From an uncultured Poribacteria bacterium (GTDB taxonomy: Bacteria > Poribacteria > WGA-4E > WGA-3G): 64,000 nt of DNA. Where the stretch lies: NCBI GenBank assembly GCA_958296135.2, contig CATQHZ020000001.1:3904001-3968000 (forward strand), given 5' to 3'. Under the pieces are notes generated by a model. It worked only from the letters and a program-made list of their open reading frames with translations. It did no database searches and was not told where the DNA came from. A program made the translations under genes and the position numbers. Positions 18,899-29,622 of this stretch are shown one piece after another (within the stretch, counting starts at the first letter, position 1; each line of letters opens with the position of its first letter).

Positions 18899-21307
18899 CT
18901 ACTTCCGAATGAGCATCTTCCGCGTAGCCCGAAAATCGCCCGCGGTCAGCGTATAAAAATAGATGCCACTCGCCACCGGTTCACCCAGCGCGTTCTTGCC
19001 ATCCCAATACGCCGCACGACTCCGCTCTTCATAGCGACCGGAGGCCTGATACCCCAAATCCAGCGTCCGAATCAGGCGGCCATCCACCGCATAGAGCCAC
19101 ACCGTCACCCGCCCCGGTTCAGACAGGTGATACGGGATCCACGTCTCCGGGTTAAATGGATTCGGATAGTTCGGCAACAAGACAGTCGCTTCCGGGCGCA
19201 GTGTTGCAAGAATCTGTTGGAGTCTCGCGATTCCCTCTCGGAACGCGACAGACCCGTCGGTTTCTAGCTGCGCGAGTTTTATCCACGCCTGAACCATCGC
19301 GGGCGTAAGTCCACTGTCCATCGCCAGAATACTCGGCGCGGCAGCCGATGCCCCATCAATGTGTTGCGCAATCAGCACGAGGTCTGCGATGTTGATTTTC
19401 CCATCACGGTTGACATCCGTTTGCCGGTTCAGGGCTACCGACTTGCCAAACGCTTGGCCCACCATAATCAGGTCCAGCACGCTCACCTGGCCATCACGGT
19501 TCACATCCCAAGCAGGCACGCTCACCACAATGCGCGCATCCGGCGCGTTCACCGTATATTCTGTCCCCGCCTCAAACCCAAAAAAGCCGCTGAATCCTCC
19601 ATGCGCGTGGTTGTCAAGCGCAACCAACAATACATTCGTTCCTCGTTTCAATGAAACCGAGAAAGCGTCTTGGTAATTGTCAGCCCCACGGCCAACGAGT
19701 GCTTGGTGAACCAACTTGCCGTTGAGCCACACTTTGACAGCATCATCGCTGCCCACCAGCATCGTCGTGGTCTGTTCGCGCGGTGACTGCAGGGATATAG
19801 AGCCGTAAACGACATGGTCATAGATTTCGCCACCGCTTCCCCAGCCGAGCGCAGCTGTCATCTCGTTGATGTTATTATCCCCCGTGGGAGAAAGAGCATG
19901 GGCGCGCCATTTGCTACCCCCAACCGCTTTCCCCTCCGTCGCACCGAAGGTTGCTACCTTCACTTCTGTAGCAGCACCACGAGTGACCTCGGCGAGCAAA
20001 TCCCGGTCATCCAATTGGAATGCTGGCACGAGTGCCCACAACCAGGGACCCTCAATTTTTGGACCGGCGGGTGGCGAACCGTGGTAGTTATGAACAGCGG
20101 CCCCCTCATCAAAACCCGGGTTGTCGCTCCAACCGATAGGTATCCTTTCCGCTAACGCCGCCAACGGCGACATGTCAACGATGTTGTTGTGGCGAAGGAC
20201 GAGCCGTTCTAAGCTAACTAACCCCGCAAGAGGTGAAACGTCCGATATCTCATTGCCGGCAAGATAGAGCTCTCTCAACCCGGTTGCCCCCGCCAAGGGC
20301 GTGAGGTCCGATATCCCGCCGCCGCAGATATCTATTGTTCTGAGTTGGGGCAAGTTCGCAAGGCCCGAGAGGTCATATATCGGGGTACCCCACGAGTGAT
20401 AGGTTTCTAGATGGTTCAATCCTGCCAAGGGTGCCAGGCTGAATCCCACGTTTTCGCTTATCCAAAGCCCTTTCAGTTTTTTTAGATTCGCGAGCGGCGT
20501 GATGTCCGATATCACGTTATGACCTAAATTTAACCATTGTAAGTTAACTAAGCCGGCGAGCGGCGTGACATCCGATAGCAAATTCCCATCCAAATCCAAA
20601 TTCCATAATCGGGTTAACCCAGCGAGCGGTGTGATGTCCGATATCAAATTCTCCTCCAAATCCAAATGTCCCAATCGGGTCAAACCGGCAAGCGGCGTGA
20701 TGTCCAATATGGAATTGCCCTCAAGCCTGAGTTCTTCCAAACCGATTAACCCGGCGAGGGGAGAAATATCTGAGGTGGCGCAGTGATCCATATCAAGCCG
20801 ATTCAGGTGGACTAACCCTGAAAGCGGTGCCAAGTCGGATACCGGATTGTGGCTCAGCCCTACCCCGTCCAATTTTGCTAAGCGGGTGAGGGGAGATACG
20901 TCAGTTATGGCGTTCTCCTCCAGTCCCAGCCACGCCACGTTGACGAGTTGCGCGAGCGGCGTGATGTCGGATATCTGGTTGCCGCGCAGCTTGATGTTAT
21001 CCAAAGCGACAAGGTTAGCCATCGGCGCGAGGCTCGATATCGCGTTGTGGCGCAGTTCTATCCGTACCAGATTGACGGCCGCCTCCAACCCGGTCAGCAG
21101 GCGGATCTCCCTGCCATCGGCGCGAAATTCGGTCAGCGTCGCCATCTCCGCGCGCGTAATCTGCGCGCCTTCCTCCTTACCGAGGTGCTCCGCTAGGGCG
21201 GCGCGGAGGTTCAAGTCAGGAATGTTCACGACTTGGGCGGATGTCTGCAATGTCGCGCACAGCATAAGCGCGCTGATGAAAATGAGTGTAGTGTGACGAA
21301 GTCTCAT
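18899..21307 (-). CDS. Secreted LRR (internalin-like) protein with dockerin and FlgD/T9SS-like CTD
   Basis: Signal peptide; many 22-aa LRRs; DVNRDG twice; LLPNYPNPFNPETWIPY...TRKMLIRK; paralog of 13362..17429. Confidence 0.9.
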   Translation of the reverse strand: MRLRHTTLIFISALMLCATLQTSAQVVNIPDLNLRAALAEHLGKEEGAQITRAEMATLTEFRADGREIRLLTGLEAAVNLVRIELRHNAISSLAPMANLVALDNIKLRGNQISDITPLAQLVNVAWLGLEENAITDVSPLTRLAKLDGVGLSHNPVSDLAPLSGLVHLNRLDMDHCATSDISPLAGLIGLEELRLEGNSILDITPLAGLTRLGHLDLEENLISDITPLAGLTRLWNLDLDGNLLSDVTPLAGLVNLQWLNLGHNVISDITPLANLKKLKGLWISENVGFSLAPLAGLNHLETYHSWGTPIYDLSGLANLPQLRTIDICGGGISDLTPLAGATGLRELYLAGNEISDVSPLAGLVSLERLVLRHNNIVDMSPLAALAERIPIGWSDNPGFDEGAAVHNYHGSPPAGPKIEGPWLWALVPAFQLDDRDLLAEVTRGAATEVKVATFGATEGKAVGGSKWRAHALSPTGDNNINEMTAALGWGSGGEIYDHVVYGSISLQSPREQTTTMLVGSDDAVKVWLNGKLVHQALVGRGADNYQDAFSVSLKRGTNVLLVALDNHAHGGFSGFFGFEAGTEYTVNAPDARIVVSVPAWDVNRDGQVSVLDLIMVGQAFGKSVALNRQTDVNRDGKINIADLVLIAQHIDGASAAAPSILAMDSGLTPAMVQAWIKLAQLETDGSVAFREGIARLQQILATLRPEATVLLPNYPNPFNPETWIPYHLSEPGRVTVWLYAVDGRLIRTLDLGYQASGRYEERSRAAYWDGKNALGEPVASGIYFYTLTAGDFRATRKMLIRK

Positions 21308-21516
21308 TCGGTTTTATCTCCTATTTTGTCAGATACGGACGCAAATGCCAGATTTTCGCCCCGGTAAACGCGGCTTGTAACCGCGCAGGCCCGGAAAGCG
21401 CGCTTACAACGCGCGCCTACGGAATTCGTCGTGCGTCCATCCTATTTGCTAAGAATGTGTGCCTAAGGTAGACTGAAAGTCCCATTGCCGAAGCAAAAAA
21501 ACTTAATATGAGATTG

Positions 21517-21545
21517 ATTTTACACAAAATGTGCGCAAATGTCAA
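21517..21545 (-). promoter_or_regulatory. Sigma-70-like promoter (LRR gene)
   Basis: Minus strand TTGACA-17nt-TAAAAT. Confidence 0.6.
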
Positions 21546-21580
21546 GTCTTTTTGTCAAGAAAAAACCTCAAAACTACCCG

Positions 21581-21609
21581 TTGACAATTTGCAAGATTTC
21601 CTATAGAAT
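21581..21609 (+). promoter_or_regulatory. Sigma-70-like promoter
   Basis: TTGACA-17nt-TAGAAT just upstream of ATG 21628. Confidence 0.6.
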
Positions 21610-21627
21610 ACGCCTAGGAAAACCAAC

Positions 21628-23541
21628 ATGCAAAGAAAAAACGTCAGCGCGCGTGCAGTGCTCATCGCGCTCCTCTTTACTATCCCGAACTCCTACTGGC
21701 TCATGATTAACTGGGGCCCCTCCGGTTACGGCACCGGCCAGAGTTTCCCAACCGTCTCTACAGTCTACTTTAACGTCATCTTTATCGTGCTGCTCCTGAT
21801 GGGCATCAATCCGCTGCTTCGCGCTTTCCGGAAAAGCGCGTCTCTCAGCGATGGCGAATTGATGGTAGTCTACCTGCTGCTCTCCATCGCCTCCTCCATC
21901 GCCGGGCACGATACACTCCAAATCTTGTGGCCCCTCCTGACTTATCCGATCTGGTTCGCGAGCCCAGAGAACGAGTGGGGCGAAGTTTTTCAACAACATA
22001 TCCCTGAGTGGCTCTCTATCAAAGAACGGAGCGCGCTAGCGGCCTTCTATCAAGGCGATTCTACACTCCACACAGCGCAACACCTGCAACTCTGGATGAC
22101 ACCGGTGCTGTGGTGGAGTGCCCTGGTCATCGTGCTAACATGCATGATGCTCTGCATCACGCTGCTCATCCGGCACCAGTGGGTAACACACGAGAAGTTA
22201 AGTTATCCCGTGATTCAGATTCCGCTTCACCTCACCGAAAACGGCGGACGTGTGTTGTTGACAAACCGGCTGTTCCTACTCGGCGCTGTGCTGGCGGGCG
22301 GGATAAATTTACTCAACGGGCTCCATTTCCTCTTCCCTGTCGTGCCGGGATTAGGCGGCAGCCTCTACAACCTAGGACAGTATTTCCAGACCAAACCGCT
22401 CAGTGCCATCGGCAGACTCCCCATCGCTGTCTATCCGTTCGCGATTGGGATGAGTTTTTTCATCCCGCTAGAGCTCTCATTTTCGATCTGGTTTTTCTAT
22501 CTCTTCCATAAAATGACGCGCGTGTGGGGGACGATGGCGGGCATCGGGCATCTGCCGGGGTTCCCGTTCCTCGATGCACAGTCGTTCGGTGCGTGGTTCT
22601 GCCTCGGCATCTCGGCTATTTGGCTCACTCGCAAATTCATCGTGCGGCAGGTGAAAATGGCATTCCAAAGCACGGCGAACGGAAACCCTGCTGAACGCAC
22701 GCGCATCCGATACGCGATAATCGGATTGATAGCCGGAAGCATCTTTATCCTCGTTTTCTTCAAAAGCACCGGCACGCCGATTTTCAGCATCTTCGGCTAT
22801 TTCGCGCTCTTCTTCGCGCTGGCGATTGCGATTACACGCATCCGCGCAGAAGTCGGGCCGCCGGCACACGACGTGCCGTGGAGACCGGATAAAGTGCTCG
22901 TCTCTTTCATCGGCACGCGCCGCATCGGCGCGGAGGGGTTGACGACGTTCAGCATGTTCCACGGGTTCAACCGCTCCTACCGTTCGCATCCAATGCCGAT
23001 TATGTTGGAGGGATTCAAGGTGGCGCAAGTGCGCGGGTTGTCGCATAACCGCTTTATTATTGCCATCATCTTGGTGACTATCGTCGGGACGCTCTCCTCG
23101 GCGTGGGCATATTACGCGCAAGGGTATCACTACGGCGGCGCAGTCTACGGCGAACAAGCGCAATGCCGATGGACCTACGAACAGTTGAAGCAGTGGCTAA
23201 TCAACCCGCAGGCCATCGATGTCGGCGCGGTTTCTGCATCCGGCGGGGCAATCGCACTGACGACACTCTTGATGGTGCTGCGCCGACGGTTTATCTGGTG
23301 GCCCTTTCACCCCGCAGGCTACGCGCTGTCGCTCAGTTTTTGGAATACGAGCTGGTACTGGTTCTCGATTTTCTTGTCGTGGGGGATAAAAGCGATTCTG
23401 TTTCAGGCAGGTGGGTTGCGCACGTATCGACGCGCAATGCCGTTTTTCATCGGACTCGTCATCGGCGAATTCATCGTCGGCGCGATTTGGACGCTCATCG
23501 GCATCTCATTAGAGCGCCCGATGTATCGCTTTATGTTCTAA
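21628..23541 (+). CDS. Polytopic membrane protein (DUF6785/DUF6784-like, putative transporter)
   Basis: Many TM segments; RHQWVTHEKLSYP, RIRAEVG, WWPFHPAGY and PFFIGLVIGE motifs. Confidence 0.75.
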   Translation: MQRKNVSARAVLIALLFTIPNSYWLMINWGPSGYGTGQSFPTVSTVYFNVIFIVLLLMGINPLLRAFRKSASLSDGELMVVYLLLSIASSIAGHDTLQILWPLLTYPIWFASPENEWGEVFQQHIPEWLSIKERSALAAFYQGDSTLHTAQHLQLWMTPVLWWSALVIVLTCMMLCITLLIRHQWVTHEKLSYPVIQIPLHLTENGGRVLLTNRLFLLGAVLAGGINLLNGLHFLFPVVPGLGGSLYNLGQYFQTKPLSAIGRLPIAVYPFAIGMSFFIPLELSFSIWFFYLFHKMTRVWGTMAGIGHLPGFPFLDAQSFGAWFCLGISAIWLTRKFIVRQVKMAFQSTANGNPAERTRIRYAIIGLIAGSIFILVFFKSTGTPIFSIFGYFALFFALAIAITRIRAEVGPPAHDVPWRPDKVLVSFIGTRRIGAEGLTTFSMFHGFNRSYRSHPMPIMLEGFKVAQVRGLSHNRFIIAIILVTIVGTLSSAWAYYAQGYHYGGAVYGEQAQCRWTYEQLKQWLINPQAIDVGAVSASGGAIALTTLLMVLRRRFIWWPFHPAGYALSLSFWNTSWYWFSIFLSWGIKAILFQAGGLRTYRRAMPFFIGLVIGEFIVGAIWTLIGISLERPMYRFMF

Positions 23542-23609
23542 GGGCGGATATAGAAATCCGCCCTTACAAACGGATCCGGGCGGATATGGGAATCCGCCCA
23601 CGCAAATCG

Positions 23610-24878
23610 CTAGATTGCGAAAGTTTTCTCATCATCAATCACCGCGAATTCAAACCACGTCTTGGCATCCGTGTGCCCCAGCATCTTCTTCACAAATGCC
23701 CACTCCCTTTCCGAGCTCGGACCGGCTTGAAGCAGCCGTTCGTTATGTGCCGCAATGTCCGCCTCGTCCTTCGGGTAGTTCTCCCGCAGCCACGCGTCAA
23801 CCTCGGCATCGGTTGGCAGCGTCTTGAGTGCTGCCGCGAATGCGTCAGGCGTGAGACCGAGGAATCCCAGCGCAATCCGGTCCATCTTGGAATCCTCGCC
23901 GTAATAGTAAAGCCCCAGCGAGTCGGAGTTTGCGGCGCGACCCTTGTCTACCATCCGGGCAACGTGGACGATGCCGCAAATATCGGTGACGAAGGGGCTG
24001 CGGGGTGCGCGGCGTTCAAGATCGACTATGCCGAAACTGCGTTCATCATCAACGTCTTGAAGCGCGACCCAGGTGGTAATCTCCGTGGGACTTACGCCGA
24101 CTTCGCGGCAGCGCGATTCAAACCGTTCGCGCGTCTCTTCACTAGGCGCGTAGTTGACTAACGTGTGGTTGAACGCATCGACCTCGGCCGTTGATTTGCC
24201 AGAATTTTCCAGCACCCAGTCGCCGAGCTCAAAGTTATTCGGGTTATTAACAGCGGCCTCTTGAAAGTCAGCGGCGGAGATGCCGAGGAATGCCAAAATG
24301 CGGACATCTTGTCCGGAAGCATCGCCATATTTATACTCGCCGATTTTCCCGGCGCGTTCGGCGCGAGCCTTGTCTGCCATGCGTGCAACACCACAGATGC
24401 CGCCGACATCCTTCGCCCGCGCACTGCGCGGGGGCCGCTCGGTGAGAACCACCTGCCAGAAACTGCCCCAATCGTCCAATTCCATGGATTGGAGCCCCGT
24501 CTTAATATCGGTGCGTCCCGGTGCAAACCGAGCGATACGTTCCTGCATCCGCTGTTTGTGCTCATCGGTATCGGGCAGTTGTGTGAGCCTCTCCTCATTA
24601 AACGCCGCTATCTCCGATGCCGTCTTGCCGCTCGTCTCAAGCACCCAGTTGCTGAGGGCGGCATCGTCGTGTTCTTTCACGGCCGCCGCGAATGCATCGG
24701 CGGAGATACCGAGGAACGCGAGGACGCGCCGGTCTAAGCCTGATGTCTCGCCGTAGAGATAGTCACCGAGGGTTTCCTCGTTTGCGGCGCGTGCCTTGTC
24801 TGTCATCCGTGCCGCGCCAACAATACCGGCAATGCCGAGGTTTGTCGGGCGGCGTGGGGGTTGACGTTTCAAATTCAT
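23610..24878 (-). CDS. Triple DUF5069-like domain protein
   Basis: Three repeats of PR(S/R)x...G..ARMxDK.RA...G.Y.YG..S..D...L.FLG. Confidence 0.8.
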   Translation of the reverse strand: MNLKRQPPRRPTNLGIAGIVGAARMTDKARAANEETLGDYLYGETSGLDRRVLAFLGISADAFAAAVKEHDDAALSNWVLETSGKTASEIAAFNEERLTQLPDTDEHKQRMQERIARFAPGRTDIKTGLQSMELDDWGSFWQVVLTERPPRSARAKDVGGICGVARMADKARAERAGKIGEYKYGDASGQDVRILAFLGISAADFQEAAVNNPNNFELGDWVLENSGKSTAEVDAFNHTLVNYAPSEETRERFESRCREVGVSPTEITTWVALQDVDDERSFGIVDLERRAPRSPFVTDICGIVHVARMVDKGRAANSDSLGLYYYGEDSKMDRIALGFLGLTPDAFAAALKTLPTDAEVDAWLRENYPKDEADIAAHNERLLQAGPSSEREWAFVKKMLGHTDAKTWFEFAVIDDEKTFAI

Positions 24879-25041
24879 GAGTCACTCCTTCCGCGTTGCA
24901 AATTTGACGCGAATATAGTATTATATTTTCCATGGATATGGTATCATATTTGCAAAAAATGTCAAGCGCGAATTGTTCAGTGTCCAAAACGATTTCGTTT
25001 TCGGAAAGGGTTATCGTTTTTATCAAAAGTAGGAAGCGAAC

Positions 25042-25395
25042 ATGAAAGTCATTGTTGTTTTGCTCGTGGCGTTGGCTATCTTACAGGGCCCGGCGTTCGG
25101 CGAGTTCTCCGATGCGGATTTGAAAAGGGTAGAACGACTAATGAACGCCGCGCTGGTGCCGGTGATAGAGGAGCTCAACGAACTGAAGACCGAGGTCCAA
25201 GCGGTGAAAACGGAACTCGCCGCTGTGAAAAACGCCGTAAGCGAATTGAAAGGCGAGGTCCGCGTACAAGGAGATCGAATCTCCGATCAAGAAAATCGGA
25301 TCACCTCTCTGCAATCGCAACTGAATTCGCAGACGAACGCCCTGCTGGTTGTGGCAGGATTGCTGGTGACGGTGCTACTGTGGATGCTCAAGTAA
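25042..25395 (+). CDS. Small exported coiled-coil protein with C-terminal TM helix
   Basis: RBS agga; signal peptide; heptad repeats; hydrophobic C-terminus. Confidence 0.7.
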   Translation: MKVIVVLLVALAILQGPAFGEFSDADLKRVERLMNAALVPVIEELNELKTEVQAVKTELAAVKNAVSELKGEVRVQGDRISDQENRITSLQSQLNSQTNALLVVAGLLVTVLLWMLK

Positions 25396-25767
25396 CAGTG
25401 GGATGCGCGTCGCGAGGATAACAAAACGATTACGTCGCAGCAAGAGACGATTGTGGCACTGCAAGCGGAGATTGAACGCCTCAAATTGGGCATTGTCACG
25501 GGGCAAGGTAAACCGGTTGCGGACAACGTGACATCGTAATGTTACGAGGATTAAACGGGCGGATGGCTGCGGAATACCTCTCACGCATTTAGGAATGGGA
25601 GGCTCGGAACGTGGAGCGGGTTCGCGCGCTTATCACCCTCGCCGAAAAGCGTGGCACAACCTTGCGCGGTGTCATGGCACAACAGCGAGGGACAGGCCCT
25701 CGCACTACGGTATAACATCGGCATTGCGAGGGACAGGCCCTCGCACTACGGAACAGAGACAGCGTTT

Positions 25768-26011
25768 ATGGAACGAAACACCCTCTATTACGGCGATTGC
25801 CTCCACGTCATGCAACAATGGCCCGAAAACACCGTCGACATCATCGCCGCCGTTGAAGATGGGGATAAGCGAATACCCGCGTCTGCAGTTCTTCTCGGTT
25901 GAGGACTACTATGCAAATCGTGCGCCGTTGCAATTGCCGGCGTTGTCCAACCCGTGGACAGGCAAACCGAGGCAAGACTCGTTGTTGGATAAATTGGGAG
26001 GGTTAAACTGA
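25768..26011 (+). pseudogene. Internally deleted DNA methyltransferase remnant (second copy at 26338-26575)
   Basis: MERNTLYYGDCLHVMQQWPENTVDII (MTase N-terminus) joined out of frame to EYPRLQFFSVEDY, which resembles the C-terminus of MTase/endonuclease fusions. Confidence 0.6.
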
Positions 26012-26012
26012 T

Positions 26013-26285
26013 ATGACAACCGAAATCCACTTGTTGAGAAAGATTGAAAAGAATTCTCGGCTGCCGGAGAAAAAACATAACCGGTATTGGGACTTGCGCC
26101 GCAAGCGCGAGGAAAAACCGCTGACAGAAGCGGAATCGGCGGAATACCTCTCGCTCATTCAGGAATGGGAGGCTCGGAACGTGGAGCGGGTTCGCGCGCT
26201 TATCACCCTCGCCGAAAAGCGTGGCACAACCTTGCGCGGTGTTATGACACAACAGCGAGGGACAGGCCCTCGCACTACGGTATAA
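26013..26285 (+). CDS. Small helical hypothetical protein (possibly antitoxin-like)
   Basis: RBS gggagg; RYWDLRRKREEKPLTEAESAEYLSLI...ERVRALITLAEKRG resembles a widespread small-protein family; C-terminus runs into a REP. Confidence 0.6.
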   Translation: MTTEIHLLRKIEKNSRLPEKKHNRYWDLRRKREEKPLTEAESAEYLSLIQEWEARNVERVRALITLAEKRGTTLRGVMTQQRGTGPRTTV

Positions 26286-26647
26286 CATCGGCATTGCGAG
26301 GGACAGGCCCTCGCACTACGGAACAGAGACAGCGTTTATGGAACGAAACACCCTCTATTACGGCGATTGCCTCCACGTCATGCAACAATGGCCCGAAAAC
26401 ACCGTCGACATCATCGCCGCCGTTGAAGATGGGGATAAGCGAATACCCGCGTCTGCAGTTCTTCTCGGTTGAGGATTACTACGCGAATCGTGCGCCGTTG
26501 CAATTGCCGGCGTTGTCCAACCCGTGGACAGGCAAACCGAGGCAAGACTCGTTGTTGGATAAATTGGGGGCGTGATAAGCACGGCGAGGGACAGGTTTCC
26601 CTCGCCCTACGGTTACAAGGCGTTTTTCCGCTACTAGGACGTGTAAC

Positions 26648-28324
26648 ATGCGCAAACCTATTTTCATTATCTCCATACTTGGCGTGCTGCTGTCGGTGCT
26701 CTTGAGCGGTATCTATTTTCATTTCTCCTACTTTGAGCCGGATACCGTCTCCTATCTGTTTCAGGCGAAGTTGTTCGCGGCGGGCAAACTTTCGGTGCCA
26801 GCACCACCGGAACACGGCCTCTCATCCTCGCCGCACATTAACATTCTGAACGGCAAATGGTATTCAAAATATCCGTTCGGCAATGCCTTGATGCTGACGC
26901 TCGGCGTGTTGATAAATGCACCGTGGCTGATTCCCGCACTGGCGACAGGGGGCGCGCTGTTTTTCCTGTATCTCCTCGTGAAAGAGATGCACGGTGGCAC
27001 GGTGGCCCTTATTGCCGCGGTGTTGGGGCTTATCTCGCCGGCGACGCTGGGAATGGGCGCAACGTGGTTCAGTGAACCAGTGAGTCGGTGCTGCCTCGCG
27101 CTCTATTTGTTCGCGCTGATTCGGACGTTGAAAGGCACGCGCGCTTCCAACGCGCGCCCATCGGGATTTAAAAACGGAATCGGGTATCCGCTGTTGTCGG
27201 GGTTCGCTCTCGGATACGCGTTTAATACGCGGCCGCTCTCCGCCGTGGTGTTCGGTGTCATCGGTGCAGGACTGACGCTCTATACTATCGTCACGAGCAG
27301 ATATAGAAATTCACACTCACCCGCTCAAGCGCGCGAAGAAACGGACAGAAACTATAGAAATCTGCCCTTACAAATGGGAGTGTTCTTAGTCCCGTTTTTC
27401 ATCATGGTAAGCGTATGCATGGCATGGAATGCGCATTTCACTGGCGATGCGTTCATGTTTACGCACACCGCCGCGCAACCTTACGACAAAATCGGATTCG
27501 GGAAACGGACAGAAGGATACGAACCGAACCTTGAAAACGCTTTCGATTTCACACCCGCATGGGCAATTGAGCGGACCTGGAAACACATTCTGCCGTGCAT
27601 CAGTTTCAACGCACTCGGCTGGGGCGGGTATCACCACAAGTTACTTACGGGAGAATCCGGATACCCATTCCTCGGTTTCATCATTGCGTTTGTGCCGTTA
27701 CTGATTCCGTGGTGCCTCGCGTTGCTGCCTTTCTTCCATGCCTCGCGCAACCGATACGATTGGCTCTGCCTCGCGCTCATCGTCGGGAATCTATTGCTTT
27801 ACGCCTGCTTCTATTTTGAAGGCTCAACCTGGGGGTTCACCCCTGTCAATGCGCGGTATTATACTGAAACGACGCTGCTCGCGTTCATACCGTTGGTGGC
27901 GCGCGGAATGTTCATCGCCTACGAAAAAATCAAACAGACGAAACCGCTGATTGTTACGGTAAGTGCCCTGCTTCTCCTGCTCAGTGTCAATACGGTATGG
28001 AGTTATGTCCGCATCGGACACGTCTATCAGAATTGGAGCCCCGTTTATCAGAAACTGCCCCCGATGGTAACCGAACGCGGTATCCACAACGCCGTGATTT
28101 TCGTTGCAGCGCACCGGGGCGCGCCGATCGGCGACTATCCGTTTCAGAACTTACAAGAGGCGGATATCGTCTATTTCAAACTCGGGCCCGCCCCGCGCTG
28201 GAAGTTGACAAACAGCGATTGGCAGCGAGTCTACGCGCAGTATTTCACCGGCAGAGCCGCCTATCTCTATATACCGCGTGAAAACAGCCTCACGCGTTTA
28301 TCACCGGAACCTGTCCCCCGGTAG
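26648..28324 (+). CDS. GT-C glycosyltransferase (ArnT/PMT, family 39-like)
   Basis: D..SYLFQAKLFAAG, GKWYSKYPFG, multiple TM helices. Confidence 0.75.
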   Translation: MRKPIFIISILGVLLSVLLSGIYFHFSYFEPDTVSYLFQAKLFAAGKLSVPAPPEHGLSSSPHINILNGKWYSKYPFGNALMLTLGVLINAPWLIPALATGGALFFLYLLVKEMHGGTVALIAAVLGLISPATLGMGATWFSEPVSRCCLALYLFALIRTLKGTRASNARPSGFKNGIGYPLLSGFALGYAFNTRPLSAVVFGVIGAGLTLYTIVTSRYRNSHSPAQAREETDRNYRNLPLQMGVFLVPFFIMVSVCMAWNAHFTGDAFMFTHTAAQPYDKIGFGKRTEGYEPNLENAFDFTPAWAIERTWKHILPCISFNALGWGGYHHKLLTGESGYPFLGFIIAFVPLLIPWCLALLPFFHASRNRYDWLCLALIVGNLLLYACFYFEGSTWGFTPVNARYYTETTLLAFIPLVARGMFIAYEKIKQTKPLIVTVSALLLLLSVNTVWSYVRIGHVYQNWSPVYQKLPPMVTERGIHNAVIFVAAHRGAPIGDYPFQNLQEADIVYFKLGPAPRWKLTNSDWQRVYAQYFTGRAAYLYIPRENSLTRLSPEPVPR

Positions 28325-29445
28325 GAGAGACCTCGGGTCTTGATTCTCGGTGCCTGTCCCTCGCGATCGCCCGACCTCCCCAACGGCCCCCTTTCACCGT
28401 AGCGCGAGGGCCCGGCGATCACTAATCGACGAGGGTTCCCCTCGCGATCACCCGACCTCCCCAACGGCCCCCTTTCACCCTCGCGATCGATGCATGGCGC
28501 AGCACAGGACCGCGCCCTACGGACGAAGAAGCATTTTCACCGCAGCGCGAGGGAAAACCTGTCCCTCGCGTTCCCAAACGGCCCCTTTTTACCGTAGCGC
28601 GAGGGCCGTTACGCCGAAACTTTGTCATCTCTGCAGCCTCGCTGCAGAGATGTCCACTGTCCCTCGCGATCGCTCTCACGCCGAGAACGTCCGCAGCCCC
28701 ATAGCGCCAGGGAAAACATGGCCCTCGCAATCGCCCGATCCCCCAAACGGCCCCTTTTCACCGTAGCGCGAGGTCCTGTGCCTCGCGATCTCTCTCGCAC
28801 CGAGAACGCCCGCAGCCCCGTAGCGCGAGGGAAAACATGGCCCCCGCAATCGATGCATGCGCAGCACAGGACCGCGCCCTACGGGAACGGAAGGGTCGCA
28901 TGGCGAGGGAAAACCCGGCGAGCACGTTCCCAAACGGCCCCTCTTCACCGTAGCGCGAGGTCTTGTGCCTCGCGATCTCTCTCGCACCGAGAACGCCCGC
29001 AGCCCCATAGCGCCAGGGAAAACATGGCCCTCGCTATCGGTGCACGGCGCGGCACAGGCCCGCGCTCTACGGGAACGGAAGGGTCGCGTGGAGATCGAGA
29101 GACAGCGAGGGACAGGCCCTCGCCCTACGGACTAAGGAGCATTTTTACCGTAGCGCGAGGGCCCGGCGAGCGCGTTCCCAAACGGCCCCTTTTTACCGTA
29201 GCGCGAGGGCCGTCACGCCGAAACTTTGTCATCTCTGCAGCCCCGCTGCAGAGATGTCCACTGTCCCTCGCGATCTCTCGACCTCCAAGAAAGCCCTTTT
29301 TTACTCGCGCAAAGCATGGCGCGGCACAGGACCGCGCCCTACGGACTAAGGCCCCTCTTCACCGTAGCGCGAGGGCCTGTGCCTCGCGATCGCTCTCGCA
29401 CCGAGAACGCCCGCAGCCCCGTAGCGCGAGGGCACCCCTCGCGAA
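28320..29445. repeat. Large REP mosaic (BIME-like)
   Basis: Many 'ccgtagcgcgaggg..ccctcgcga' units in both orientations with duplicated linkers; nested elements at 28608-28657 and 29212-29261. Confidence 0.9.
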
Positions 29446-29477
29446 TCGTTTTTTGTGCATTTTTTTTGCATTTTAAC

Positions 29478-29506
29478 TTGACTTTGCCCCAAAAATGTGG
29501 TATAAT
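29478..29506 (+). promoter_or_regulatory. Sigma-70-like promoter
   Basis: TTGACT-17nt-TATAAT with an extended -10. Confidence 0.7.
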
Positions 29507-29622
29507 TAATACATGAATTAGTAAAAAGCGCATTTTTAACGCAATCTTTCACAGAACCGCGCCAAACGCTCGCGCGGACACGCGAACGAGAATACAGCAT
29601 TACACGACTTTAGAGACACACG

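Larger units (their letters stand above)
25569..26568 (+). repeat. 430-bp direct repeat (25569-25998 and 26139-26568)
   Basis: Near-identical copies offset by 570 bp; each holds two REPs and a methyltransferase remnant. Confidence 0.9.

Noticed and set aside
28320-29445. Possible CRISPR array (also 18590-18897, 31240-31785, 42867-43505)
   Set aside because: Repeats vary in sequence and orientation, linkers are themselves duplicated and irregular in length, and no cas genes are present. This fits REP/BIME mosaics.
28350-29516. ORFs across repeat clusters (e.g. 28622..29476, 31197..31643, 43001..43477)
   Set aside because: They are translations of GC-rich repeats with no RBS or domain signal.
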